DNA of 64,000 bases from Chara braunii (GCA_003427395.1 BFEA01000036.1:3849747-3913746); one strand, 5' to 3'; positions 26,801-38,484 are shown, numbered from the stretch's first letter. Program-made: numbers and translations. The notes: generated by a model from the letters alone, not told the origin.

Positions 26801-29648
26801 GCATGCTCCGACGGAACGCAACTCCTCCCTGTTTTCTGTTCAATCTTCGGGCAGGGTTTCCTCGCTTTCCTCCCTTTCTTCTTCTTGTCTCGCTTTTGAT
26901 GCGGCAGCAGCGCCCACAGACGGCCCTCCGGGATTATCAGCAGTCGATAGACATGCCGCTGGCGGCTCTCGACATCTCCCATTTGCTGTTCCCTCTCGGT
27001 CGAACATCGAGAGGGGGACGTCGGCGGACTTGCCCGTCAGGGACGACAAAGAGCATTCGATCGAACCAGCTGCGACGTGGCCGGGGGCCTTGTCTTCCCC
27101 CGTCAACGCTCGCGCGTTGGCCATCCGTAATTACGACCTGCCGGGTGCAATGTCGGTCTCGGCGTCGGCGGGATTGGGCGGGATCGATCTGTTCCGCTCC
27201 GCGGGGGCGCACGCGGAGGCAGCTGTTAGCGGCGGAGGGGAATTCCGCCGTCAAGCACAGTCTTTGACGCCTGTCAATGTCTCACTAGCGGGGTTGGATG
27301 TTGCAGCTCCAACGGCTGGATACGAGAGAGAGATCTCCTGCTCCTGGGCAGTCGGAGCAGGTGGGGGGGGATTGCAAGCAACTCCGTACCTGGGTATGCT
27401 GCCCTTCCTGACGCGCCAGCAACAGGGTTCAGGCCACCCCATTCTGGAGGCATCATCGGGGTGTCGCGCGGCGTGCTTGCCCTCTCCGATTATCTCGTCT
27501 AGGCATGGCCGTTGTAGTGCAATTCTGTCCTCCGCCGCCAAGTGCTTGTCTAGACGGGTAGGGGGACGGGATGGGGCGCAGATGCCAGCAGCTGGCGCAA
27601 CAGCGTCCGCAGCGGCAGCGGGAGCTTCCCCATATGCGCACGGAGCAGGCTTCGGAGCGATTCCCATGGGCGAGCTCGTCCGAGGAAGCGAGCTCAGAGG
27701 AGTCAATAGTTCCCCCTCTCGTGTTGGGCGGAACGCGGAGTTCATGCGCGAGATGTTCCGCCTACGGGGTACGACGGATCTGACAGCCATGTGCATGCGA
27801 TCGATGGAGCCATCGACGGCGTGTTCTTCGTCTTGCACGGCTCCTCCCGGCCTTGAGCAGCACCAAGGCCAGCAGCAGCAGTCAAGCGACCAGGGGGGGG
27901 TGTCGGCGGCAACAGCCCTCGAAGCTTACAAGTCTTCAATGGCCATGCGGAGAGACCTTATTTTCAGGGTGGACGGGCCGACGGTGCAGCACAAGGTGGG
28001 CCCTCTGAACCTCAACTGGACGCCCAAGGAAGCCATCTACAGGATTATAATCGGTGGGCTAAACCCCGTTCCAAGGAAGGAGTACAGCGAGGTCTATGGA
28101 GCGATTCCCAAGGTATGGATCAACGCACACGGCGCGCACAAGAGCACTCGTCTTCTGCAGACACGGGGGATCTCAGAAGAGACGCTGCTGGGCGCGTACA
28201 AGCAGTGGTTTGGGAAGAAGCAATGGGGACCGAAGCTGAAGAACCGTCAGGCGGTCTTCTGTAGAGTCATGGAGAAGGAGAACGGGGTCGCTTTCTCGAT
28301 TGGTGGGTGCGCTCTCGTTAGGAGGAGCGTCAGACCAGACGTGCAATTCTACAAGGACCAGCCCATTCACTGCGATGACGAGCCGGGTATGTCTTGGTTG
28401 TGGCTGTGCCGGGTCGAGAAGCTCTTCTCTCACAGGGGAGACGATGACAGAGTGTACGCTTGGGGAACAGTCCGTTGGTTCCACAGGCACCCGCTGACAT
28501 CCGCCGCTGAAGATTCTTCCGCAGTTATCAAGGGCAACAATAACGAGAGCAACAACAACAATAACTGTAACGCCAACAACAACAACAACAAGAACGTTAA
28601 CAGCAAAGGTTTTCCTCCTCCTGCGCCTCGTCCTTCCACTTCTTCTCCTCCTTCATCCACTTCTCCTTGGGCAGGTCGTTCGCATAGCCAGCACCCTGCA
28701 CGAGCCCATCGTTTCTTGGAGTCGACGGAGCAGGCCTCGGACCACGATGTGCCGCCTGCTCGGTACTTAGAACGATTTCCCGCAGACGATAGATTCGCAT
28801 TGTCGATGAACAGTAGTCGTGGAGCAGATGAGGTAGCGGATGTAGAACTAGGAGTAGGAGTAGGAGTAGGGTTATTAGGGAGGGGGTCGGGCGTAGTATT
28901 AGGAGGAGGAGGAGGTGATTCGCTCTCTCCGCGACGGAGGAGAAGTGCACGCGACGACGACGACGAGGAGGAGGAGGAGGAGGAGGAGGAGGAATTCAGT
29001 GCGCCGGCGATTGAGCATCCTCTCTGTTATACCTCTTCTCCTCACCATCGGCGTCAGCAGCAACAGCTTCAGTTACTTACCAACTCCAGCTCCTGCGCGG
29101 AAGGGAGAACGAAGATGGCGGGTAGCCAGACCACCACGACGACCACGACGGGCGGGTCAAGCGCCAGCACGCGGTCCTCTTCCGCGGGAGGGGGGGTGAA
29201 GCTTCCGCTGCGCTTGGACGAAGTGGAGGACGCCTGCCCGGTGCCTCTCCATTTGTTCGTCAAGGACATGAAACTTGTGCACGACTGCAAGTGCGAGATG
29301 CTCGAGAGAGAGAACGATAGGTCATTACAGGAATGGGCGGAGAAGAAGGGGCATTGTAAGACGGCCCCAGTGTGTGCAAAACATGAGTTGCCTGAAGGGT
29401 ATTGCGTCTGCCAGAGACGACCTCTCAAGGGGACTGCTCATGCCGACTGGAACCGAAACTACTGGTGGTATACTGCAGGGGGACCACCTGCTGTCTCGCC
29501 CGTGCAATACTCCCCCACGCTTGCATTGTCCGACACGACAAGATGTGATCCTGCTCCTCCCCCTCCTCCTCCTCCTCCCACTCTTCGTTCCTCCTCGTCT
29601 TCCTCCCAGCAGCAGCACCAGCACGCTAATCTACCGCTTGGTCTCTAG
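23895..29648 (+). CDS. Large, mostly disordered probable nuclear protein (1917 aa) with a C-terminal split BAH-like and Cys/His-rich module
   Basis: 5.75-kb uninterrupted ORF. First ATG at 23895 (MDSSRKRQR, NLS-like). Globular region 27939-28481 ends in GVAFSIGGCALV..WLWLCRVEKLF..DDDRVYAWGTVRWF. It resumes at 29202-29471 (LPLRLDEVEDACPVPL..KLVHDCKC..C..C..H..CVC..H..N.YWWY). Domain calls are by eye. Confidence 0.85.
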   Translation: MDSSRKRQRDEDDDDGRLGGDEDGGKHWSSGRHGGGVILGKARLAPLQLSPESGCLQSATRFQVSKGAAGKTSNQIVEHCAHLELASFLRADCGDGVGEADGQGRSPAAAAMGTGGVTNILPSSRVSGPCSPGLCSSSRGQVSSNSCSTSGAREREREMERALIDVNEVPRTEDDDNLLQGRKGRRKKESRVGIVRVARAAEDEGEGEGEGEEGVVQLEGDCCFVKLPAGMAPGAAREIDEEEGSAASSSPCESELVRARVARSGMADDGSGGEPCTADLRLACSGGGCPTATVGCSKRLESVERLRKRVDMGFKKLESREHIINCSDSVRVSSGEEGVSAADPPAKVGAGAATKMPMQLLLGPRGSKEYTEENGGGGQFQAAPSIVGRRSSCRESDEAADTLLPFGAQQVTTGGGSMVRAAEMSRWPQHGGRQHQALEQPMLAFRESSEGRDPSSVVLRRRPAQLGLLEVLGGGVGSEEDTHCTTTEGTSIMGRTGGEEGTAGRSTKLDESVSEEEEQQRLQWPSLLHFGGQEEESRVSTMLRVGVEPGTETTRSYDRDVHQEQHQARVDRQGERWAGSPPSGMPSSCCTRRSRESGGHCGVSGREHSPTYALSAVGRHAYGGGDALGGASGAIAGSRGVRGVEDTLSVFHGSASPTVACFQVSDRTVGGEGRGRGRATTTTSEDPQRSWKGPTMPERRVRNSSDSRDGTLGGGAGLRCELVTRDQIHTPSSLVRSASATASTSAAALRGDIAVGGGIEGRSDAKCPSDGGTESWTRGWGVENVVDIGNARRSGNLACHSPGSPSAGPLPYAIACSRPHDACAKRRGMGRDSTEGSEEGKVEGDEGIKKVRRLLIGKTREGLDFVSSPAKTDCERVRETFFSSAAQNHHHRHYRPEAHLQLLWLQQQKQREQLEHDRVLREKLEHSNVVEERAARNRAFLQMDGAHHQHNRLRRSSVPLGSSDEDRHRHAPTERNSSLFSVQSSGRVSSLSSLSSSCLAFDAAAAPTDGPPGLSAVDRHAAGGSRHLPFAVPSRSNIERGTSADLPVRDDKEHSIEPAATWPGALSSPVNARALAIRNYDLPGAMSVSASAGLGGIDLFRSAGAHAEAAVSGGGEFRRQAQSLTPVNVSLAGLDVAAPTAGYEREISCSWAVGAGGGGLQATPYLGMLPFLTRQQQGSGHPILEASSGCRAACLPSPIISSRHGRCSAILSSAAKCLSRRVGGRDGAQMPAAGATASAAAAGASPYAHGAGFGAIPMGELVRGSELRGVNSSPSRVGRNAEFMREMFRLRGTTDLTAMCMRSMEPSTACSSSCTAPPGLEQHQGQQQQSSDQGGVSAATALEAYKSSMAMRRDLIFRVDGPTVQHKVGPLNLNWTPKEAIYRIIIGGLNPVPRKEYSEVYGAIPKVWINAHGAHKSTRLLQTRGISEETLLGAYKQWFGKKQWGPKLKNRQAVFCRVMEKENGVAFSIGGCALVRRSVRPDVQFYKDQPIHCDDEPGMSWLWLCRVEKLFSHRGDDDRVYAWGTVRWFHRHPLTSAAEDSSAVIKGNNNESNNNNNCNANNNNNKNVNSKGFPPPAPRPSTSSPPSSTSPWAGRSHSQHPARAHRFLESTEQASDHDVPPARYLERFPADDRFALSMNSSRGADEVADVELGVGVGVGLLGRGSGVVLGGGGGDSLSPRRRRSARDDDDEEEEEEEEEEFSAPAIEHPLCYTSSPHHRRQQQQLQLLTNSSSCAEGRTKMAGSQTTTTTTTGGSSASTRSSSAGGGVKLPLRLDEVEDACPVPLHLFVKDMKLVHDCKCEMLERENDRSLQEWAEKKGHCKTAPVCAKHELPEGYCVCQRRPLKGTAHADWNRNYWWYTAGGPPAVSPVQYSPTLALSDTTRCDPAPPPPPPPPTLRSSSSSSQQQHQHANLPLGL

Positions 29649-30248
29649 ACGACCGACGAGTACAGCGTGATCGGTAACCACCCAGTGTAAAGGTAGAGAG
29701 ACACACCTTCAGGTTGAACGAACGGCCAATTTTTGACGTTGTACGTTCGACGGATTTTCCATTTTCAATACGATGCTTTAGTTGCTTATAATCCTTGGAT
29801 CGGTTATTCTGCGTTGGACGGAAGGCTATCTCTTCTGAATCCTTTCTCCCAGAGGACTACTGCTTTCTGCTCAGTCGAAACCTGCGCATACCACAGCTGA
29901 ATGGAGGGCCATTCAAGTTGATTCAACTACACTGACACGCCAAGCCCTGGCTTCAAAAACAGCCTTTCTTGACGTCTACCCTGAACTCAATCGCTGGAGT
30001 CGCTCCTCCCTCTTGACTTTATCAAACATGTATAACCAACACCATACTCCTTCATTCGTCATTCATCCACTTAACCTTGCAATTTATCGATGCTCCCGCC
30101 AAAACCTAAGGGCTGTGACCTGTCCGTTGTCATCGTGTGACACCAGTAGTTTGTGCCTGTGTTTTTGTGCATGCACTTGTACACGCTTATCTGTGTCCGG
30201 CTTTATGGCAACGCTCGCTTGCACTTCTCTGTGTGCTTGTGTGCGTGC

Positions 30249-30295
<47 letters not shown>

Positions 30296-31144
30296 CGTAG
30301 GTGCGCGCTCGTGTTTGGGTTTGAACGGGACAGCATCCTCAGTCCTTGAAGGAAGCATTGCCACAGGAGTGGATCTACATCGGTAATCCTTGACCTGCAG
30401 GATGGGAGTAACTAGTCCGTCAGAATGAGCCCACAGGACTACCGACTAAACGTTTTCTGCTTCAGCTCCGCATCCGCATTCCTATGTTCTTCCTTGTCCT
30501 ATTTATCCCTTTCTACCCACCTCTTGATCGACTGCTCATCCAAATATGGTGCAACATACTATTAAAAGCCGGCCGTTCCTGCTCAAGNNNNNNNNNNNNN
30601 NNNNNNNNNNNNNNNNNNNNNNNNNNNNNNNNNNNNNNNNNNNNNNNNNNNNNNNNNNNNNNNNNNNNNNNNNNNNNNNNNNNNNNNNNNNNNNNNNNNN
30701 NNNNNNNNNNNNNNNNNNNNNNNNNNNNNNNNNNNNNNNNNNNNNNNNNNNNNNNNNNNNNNNNNNNNNNNNNNNNNNNNNNNNNNNNNNNNNNNNNNNN
30801 NNNNNNNNNNNNNNNNNNNNNNNNNNNNNNNNNNNNNNNNNNNNNNNNNNNNNNNNNNNNNNNNNNNNNNNNNNNNNNNNNNNNNNNNNNNNNNNNNNNN
30901 NNNNNNNNNNNNNNNNNNNNNNNNNNNNNNNNNNNNNNNNNNNNNNNNNNNNNNNNNNNNNNNNNNNNNNNNNNNNNNNNNNNNNNNNNNNNNNNNNNNN
31001 NNNNNNNNNNNNNNNNNNNNNNNNNNNNNNNNNNNNNNNNNNNNNNNNNNNNNNNNNNNNNNNNNNNNNNNNNNNNNNNNNNNNNNNNNNNNNNNNNNNN
31101 NNNNNNNNNNNNNNNNNNNNNNNNNNNNNNNNNNNNNNNNNNNC

Positions 31145-31229
<85 letters not shown>

Positions 31230-31359
31230 CCGCCCTTCATTTTTTTGTCGAAGGAGCGTGCGACTCTCGGGACGGAGGTCGCTGTGTGTAGCTGCGCACT
31301 GTTGCACGAGCAAATGATCGATTTGCATCCTCTCTTAAACACACACACACACACACACA

Positions 31360-31422
<63 letters not shown>

Positions 31423-32337
31423 GCACGCACACGCACGCGCGCACGCACAAAGCAGAACACACACGCAAACACATACAAACGCACTCACTCGCACACACAC
31501 AGACACATAGAGAGAGAGACAGAGAGACAGAGAGAGAGAGAGAGAGAGTATATAAGGACGAAGCATCCGATGTGGATATCTAGGAACCACGTCCCTTCTG
31601 TGCGGTGGAATGGTGGCGGTTGGATAACATACTGGTAGAATCCTTTTTCAGCTATACTGCTGGTTGAGGACTCGCAGGCAGTTCAAGGCGCCGACGGCTA
31701 CCATCAAGGGCGTCACTGAAAGACGGAGTTGAAATGAATTTCACGAAACAAACCGGACAGAAGTTGAAGTCGAGCGGCCCCATGCACTCTCCTTTTATTC
31801 CTCTTCTTCAACTTACGGATGAGCAGAGAAGAAGATGGTTGAAGACTTGAAGTCGTCATTTCGAAATGCTTGCCTTATCATTTTCTTCACTGTTGGATCC
31901 CCTAATTAATACCCAGCTAACTTACCCATTTGATGGGTGTGAGAACCTTTTTTTCTGCTGCGTGCGGGTGAAACCGTCAAAGAGGGAGGGCACATGTGTG
32001 CATGTGTCGGATGGTGGACGTGGACGTGGACGTGGAAGTCCTGGGGATTGCATGCTTCAGTTTATTTGCGTTCCAGTGCTTGGCTTTTTTTTTTTTTTTT
32101 TAACTGCTTGGCTTCCTTTTGAAAGTACTGGGCTCGATTCGGTTGTCGGGCTCTGGATTTAGACGACCGTTCGTCTAGATGCATCGACAAGACGAAAATA
32201 TGAGGGTTTAGCCCGGCCGGATCAGCCACCTCCGCTCTCGACCTTTTGTACAAGTTGTAGAGAAATCGCTTCTGAAGTTCTGATTATTCTCATGGAGCGG
32301 GAGTTGGTTGCTTTTTGCGGAATCTTTTGTCATTGAC

Positions 32338-32630
32338 GGGATCGGGTTGAGGTCACGTTGATGATAAGCAGAAGAGTGTACGTACAGCCGTACGCTCATG
32401 TTGTCGGGATCGGGTTGAGGTCATGTTGATGATAAGCAGAGTGTACGTACAGCTGTGAGTTGGTTGTTTTGTATGATGATGACGATAAGCAGAGTGTACG
32501 TACAGTGTCCGTACACTGGTGTTATCGGGATCGGGTTGAGGTCAGCTATAACAGATGGCAAATGCAAGAGCGGTCAAGCCGTACGTACAGAAGTCGATAG
32601 CGCGGCAGTTTGTCGGGATCGGGTGGTGGT
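32338..32630. repeat. Degenerate tandem repeat, about 4 units (GGGATCGGGTTGAGGTCA / GATAAGCAGAGTGTACGTACAG)
   Basis: Repeated motifs directly visible. Confidence 0.8.
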
Positions 32631-33227
32631 CACTGGTCAGTGAGTAAATAGATAGGTTGATTAATCAGCTCATATAGCTCGTTTGGTGGGTCTCTTTCGA
32701 CCCCTCTCTTTTTATTTCTCCCTCAGAGTCTCACTCGTGCACGTTTCCATACGATATTTGAGCAACGATTTTGGTAGTAAAAAATTAGACTTCTTGAGGA
32801 ACGATTCCGTACGACGTGGGTAACGTACGTCGTCCACGTCGTACGGACGGGTACGGACGGGTAGAGCTACGAGAGCGGACGTGTGTGTCTTCCTCGTGGA
32901 CAACGATGGCTGGCGTCGTGTGAGAGTCTTCGTCGGGGAAAATGCTTCGTCGGAGTGATAATGGTGGAGATGGAAATGGGGCGGGGAGTGGGAGGAAATC
33001 ACGGCGTGCTGAGGTAGATGTACAGAAGTAGGCATAAATTTTTCCCAGGAGGAACGGCAAACCGAGCGATGGAGGGTGCAGCTGAGGCGCCTCTCTTCCA
33101 AAAATTGATTCTTTCCGTGTTGTAAATGCGGTTTATGGTGCTTTCTTCCTCGATCTTCTGCTCTTGAGAACATGACATTGTTGTTTCATTGGTAAGCCCT
33201 CAATAAGACAGAAACTACCTTATTCTA

Positions 33228-33293
<66 letters not shown>

Positions 33294-33366
33294 GCCTCCT
33301 TTTTCTGTCCCAGTGTCCCTCTCTCTGTGCCCCCTTTTTTCTGTCTCTTTCTGTGCCCCTCTTTTT

Positions 33367-33453
<87 letters not shown>

Positions 33454-34404
33454 NNNNNNNNNNNNNNNNNNNNNNNNNNNNNNNNNNNNNNNNNNNNNNN
33501 NNNNNNNNNNNNNNNNNNNNNNNNNNNNNNNNNNNNNNNNNNNNNNNNNNNNNNNNNNNNNNNNNNNNNNNNNNNNNNNNNNNNNNNNNNNNNNNNNNNN
33601 NNNNNNNNNNNNNNNNNNNNNNNNNNNNNNNNNNNNNNNNNNNNNNNNNNNNNTCTCTCTCTCTCTCTCTCTCTCTCTCCCTCGCCGCCCCCCTCCCCTG
33701 CCCCTCTCCCCCTCCCTATTTTATCTTGCTGTTTGCAGATTCCCCTGCTCGCCTGTGCGAGGCTATGTTTTCAGTTTGTTTCGTCTGTCCCCTCTTCTCT
33801 TTTCTTGCAGCTTTCCCTGGGTGGTCACGTACATTCCCTTGGGGTTCTTGTGGTCTGTTGCTTGTCATTTTGCGAAGCTGTCGTTTTCTGTGAACATATG
33901 TATGCTTATTATTGTGTTGTCGTTGTGATCATTTTGCATGTGATTTTGGCGCTCGAAGCCGCCGCTTTATAAATCATGTGATTCTGTCGCTCGTCCGTTT
34001 TCTATCCAGGCTTTAGTTGTGTTCTCGACGAGGGTGTCGTGACCATGGCGTTGCTGCCCGCTGCCCAGTCCTCCTACACGGAAAATTTTGTTTCCTTCTT
34101 TTTGTTTCTCTTTTTTTTTTGGCCCCGACGTTGTCCTTTTCCAAAGCTACTTGATTTCGTCTCCGTCACCAGAAAGTTGGCTCATGTCTGCAGAGTCATC
34201 TCTGATTTAACAATGCGAAGAAGAGCCCTTTAAACTTATGGGACTGGCACTTCAAGCCCGCACGGGCTATCATGGCAAGCTCTTCTTCGCATTGTGCCTT
34301 TTTGTCTTATCTTCTTTTGGCTCGTTCTTTTCATTTTTTAGTTTTTTTTTTTTTTTTCAATGACGGTAAGCTACGTTCTTCTCTCAATTTTCTCGTTCTT
34401 TTCT

Positions 34405-34481
<77 letters not shown>

Positions 34482-34836
34482 GGTTGTCTTTGTGTGTTCT
34501 TTTGTTCGTTTGTTAATAATCCTTTCCTTCACTCCGAGGGATCAGGGGGCCTATTCCGACCGTTCTGACGAATGCCATCCAAACATCGGACTCGCTCCAT
34601 TAGTCACCAAACGTGGAAACTTTGAATGAATCTTCCCCTAGAACATGGACAATTACAACGCTATTTTTTTTTTGTCTCTTCTGCATCTCCTGAGTATCGA
34701 AGTGAGCCCCCTTTATTGCACTCCACGGGTACCTCTTGTCGATGCAATAGGCAATAGGAGTTTGCGGCCAGTACTTTCCTTCGCTTTCATCACTTGGAAA
34801 TGTCATCTTTCTGCAGCTGAAGCAGTGTGATAATAT

Positions 34837-34921
<85 letters not shown>

Positions 34922-36028
34922 GACATGATAGCTCGGAGTGTGTTTTCTTCTTCAGACTTCAGTCAGTTCTTTCGCATTTAGCTGCTGCATTTTGCAATGC
35001 CGGGAGAGAAAAAAATACAGCGAAGTCCTCAACTTGCTGCTACGGGGTTCCCCGTAATAATACTATAATGACAATAAAAAAGGCCTGAAAGGCCGTCCTG
35101 TCCAGATTTGACAGGTAATTCAATTGGTTGGGCTTAAACAATTAGCCCTTTTAGAAAAAAAAAAAAAAAAAAAAGTTACAAGTTGGCTCCGCGAGTAAAG
35201 CCGCAGAGGAAATAAAGTGTGTAGTGCAAGAGAGCGCGCAAGTTCGACTCTCGCCTCTCTGAAGTTTGGACTGGCCTGTCTGTCCACAGGAACAGGAAAA
35301 CTCACAGATCGCATCTCTTGCGCATCAATCAGCAATCTTGTTCCCTCTTTGTTTACCCGAGAGCCTTTACGTCTAAACGTTCTCCATTGGCCTCGCTCCA
35401 CTACTGAGCATTTTCTACACGTATCTGGACAGTCCCGCAAAGTAGATGCATTTCGATTGATGGACCATTTTTAATGTATTGGCACCACCATGAGGTCAAC
35501 ATACACTGGAGCGGGGTCCCGATTCCCGGGTCATGTCCTCAACTTGATCTCATTCCCCTGCTCTTGTAGAGTACTTTAGCCGCTGGTCCCAGAACCGCCT
35601 TGGCTCCTGGAACACCTGCTTAAAGCTGTGGCTTTGGGAACGTCTCTTCTTCAGAAGTCATGAGAGATGGCTGTTTGGTGCGTTAGCTTCAGAACTGTCG
35701 ATGGGTCAGGAGCAAGACGTCCATCACGTTGGGCTTTCCCTGTGGATGGATATTGTGCATGTCGCAAAAAAACAAAAAAAGGAAGGAAAAAAGGAGTAGA
35801 TCATTTCGCATCTTGATCTCGTCGTGTGCGGTTTCTCTCGAGTCCTTATACAGGGTGTTTTATGGAGAATGGTCAGGTTGGTTGGATCCATAATCCATGT
35901 ACAGTGGCTGCCTGCCCGCCCGTTTCCGTGTCACCAGCAAACTCGTGCAAGCGCAAGGTCGTGCATACTCTCCGAGGTACCCAAGCTCGCCCGTGCCCCC
36001 CTCCCCCACACAACCACAAACACAAACA

Positions 36029-36102
<74 letters not shown>

Positions 36103-36120
36103 NNNNNNNNNNNNNNNNNN

Positions 36121-36183
<63 letters not shown>

Positions 36184-36903
36184 AGCGTTACAGTAATGTT
36201 ATGCATGAGCTGAAGGTGCCGTTGCGCTAAAGATGTCGGATACAAAGTAGCTGGTAGTAGCCTGGTACTTTCTGACTGGTGGTTTTATGACGAATTGGTT
36301 ATAGCTAACTTTCCTTCAACTGTCAGGGAGCTTCGCTGGCTTGTAGAGAACTGCCATTATGTGCCATACTACCTAAGCTTCTCCTTTGCACTACCCAACC
36401 AGTAGTTAGTCTGACGAAGCCTGCTTGCCCGCTACACCGCGACACTTCCCTTCGGTCTGATGAACTGTGTGGGCGTTGTAGTGTCGTGGATGACGCATCA
36501 TCAACGGCCATGTTTGCCTCCCCTGCGGAGCAATCCTTCCCTCCTTCCCGTGCTTCCCGATCTACTTCTAAATGATACTACTACAATAGTGCCATTGGTT
36601 GGTTTCGTTGTAGACTCGATACATTGTAACTCAGCTAAGGAATGTTCGATCCCTCACGAGAGGTCAGCTGACTCAGCTCCACTCCCTGCAGGGCCTGCAC
36701 TCGATATAGAGCTGGTCATTCACAGTGATTCACTTGATGGATGAGACCTTTTTTTCTTTTTTGGTTTGTTTAGAGAACTTTCGACTGATCATTATGCTTG
36801 TATCGACGGAAGCAAGTATGATTCGCCGACATCTGCTTCTTCTTTCTGACGCTCTATCTATGAGGCTATGAGCCTTCCTCCCCTCCCCTCCCCTTCCTTC
36901 TAG

Positions 36904-36997
36904 CATTTCTCGATTTATGGGTGTCATCCTTGCGCAGGGGCCATGCGTATTTTCTTTCTCTGTGTCGTTCCAGTTTTTAACTGATGTCCCGACGGAC
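36904..36997 (-). pseudogene. U6: U6 snRNA-derived copy A
   Basis: Minus strand reads GTCCGTCGGGACATCAGTTAAAAACTGGAACGACACAGAGAAAGAAAATACGCATGGCCCCTGCGCAAGGATGACACCCATAAATCGAGAAATG. This matches plant U6. The AGC triad is mutated and there is no T-run terminator; a purine tract follows. Confidence 0.9.
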
Positions 36998-37884
36998 AAG
37001 ATGAGAGTTCATCGTTTAGGCGCTTAAGAGGTCAGTTTCACGTAGACGGGAGTCATATGCTCTTTCTGTAAGTCTCTGAGAAAGGCGAGCTGGCGACTGC
37101 CAGCTGCTTCTCGACCAATCAGCTGCCCCCCCCCCGCACCAGCCGCACGAATCACATACCCGCCAATTCGCATGACCGTTTGGGTTCTTTGAGACTTCAA
37201 GAAAATTGAATAAATCGAGGAAGAATTGGAAGACAAGTGGTTTCAACGGAGAGCGAAGCACGTGTGGGACCAAATAGTTTGTTCCTCTACATGCCACTTA
37301 GATACTTGTCTGTTTTCTCCTTGTTGCCACTGATACTTCTCTGTTTTCTCCTTGTCGATCAGCCACTGGATTTGAACGTACGTTTATTCGTTTCCTTCTG
37401 CAGGTATTTATTGTGGCTTCCCTTTGTTTACTCATCTCGCGGGCTTCTGGCGAGTGTATCACTGTATCGACCTTCTTTGCCACTAGTCTTGCTCCCACAG
37501 TCCTACTCTTGCTCCCTTTACTTAAAACCACACGTCGGCTATCATATCTTATAGAAGCCAAAGGCCATAGCTTTTGGTGAAAGAGAATCGAATAGAAGAT
37601 AACTTAAGCTTAGCTCCGAGATTCGGAGGCAAGAGTTTTGCCGTCCTTCACGTGATACTAGAAGTCTGGAAAGAACCAAGCAACGCAGTTGGGGTGGAGT
37701 CGATGCCCGGTCTTGTATCGCTGCTTACGCAGTATGCATCTCAGGGAAGTACCCTCGAGTCTCGCTTCTCGAGTAAGAGATGTCATCATGTCAGTTCACG
37801 GAGTCGCAAACGCAGTGAGTCGTCGAGAGGACGGATCAAGGATGTACATCTCAACCCTCCAGGTTGGGAATAGGTTTGCTCCGT

Positions 37885-38250
37885 TCAAACCTCGGTTACG
37901 TATAATCTGTTATGCTTGTCTTTTGAGGAGAGCCTTGACGTTTGGAGGTTAAGTCAAGGTTATGGAGTCAGTTGATCCTCAGGCTCATTACGATTGAATC
38001 GGATTGATGCTCTCAGCGGCTAAGGGGCCATGGTTGCCAGAGGGGATGTCTATACTCTGCTGCAAACCTCGGTTACATATTAACCGTTATGCTTGTCTTT
38101 TGAGGAGGGCCTTGACGTTTGGAGGTTAACTCAAGGTTATGGAGTCAGACTCAGTCAGTTGAACCTCAGGCTCATTACGATTGAATCGGATTGATGCTCG
38201 CAGCGGCTAAAGGGGCCATGGTTGCTAGAGGGGATGTCTATACTCTGCTG
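37885..38250. repeat. Tandem duplication of ~180 bp
   Basis: CAAACCTCGGTTAC...GGGATGTCTATACTCTGCTG occurs twice (37886-38062, 38063-38249). Confidence 0.85.
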
Positions 38251-38373
38251 ACTCTGTCTCTGCACACCCAAGTGACCCAACACTGTTGTTCCGACTGTGT
38301 CTGGGGGTATATTACGCACATTCAGGCTTGTTTTCTAGGTCTGACCCCTCTGAGCCTCTGATGTGTGCATACG

Positions 38374-38484
38374 CCGTCACCCGAATAGAACGCCCGGTCA
38401 TTATGGCTGTATTTGATGGAACTTCCGGTCTAGATAGTAGATACAGCTATACTGACCGGGCGTTCTATTCGGGTGAAGACGGTA
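38374..38484. mobile_element. Tiny hairpin MITE (Tc1/pogo-like TACCGT terminus)
   Basis: Perfect 24-bp inverted repeat 38377-38400/38453-38476, extendable to ~39 bp. A related degenerate copy lies at 38841-38958. Confidence 0.65.

Noticed and set aside
23893-29624. Numerous antisense and alternate-frame ORFs within the large CDS
   Set aside because: Expected shadows of a GC-rich coding sequence.
36998-37060. Shared TGAAACT-n5/6-TTAAG upstream of U6 copies A and B read as a Pol III TATA/USE promoter
   Set aside because: There is no clear RTCCCACATCG-type USE and no T-run terminator. In copy B the TTAAG coincides with the TSD start, so an endonuclease target site is the simpler explanation. 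Not fully excluded.
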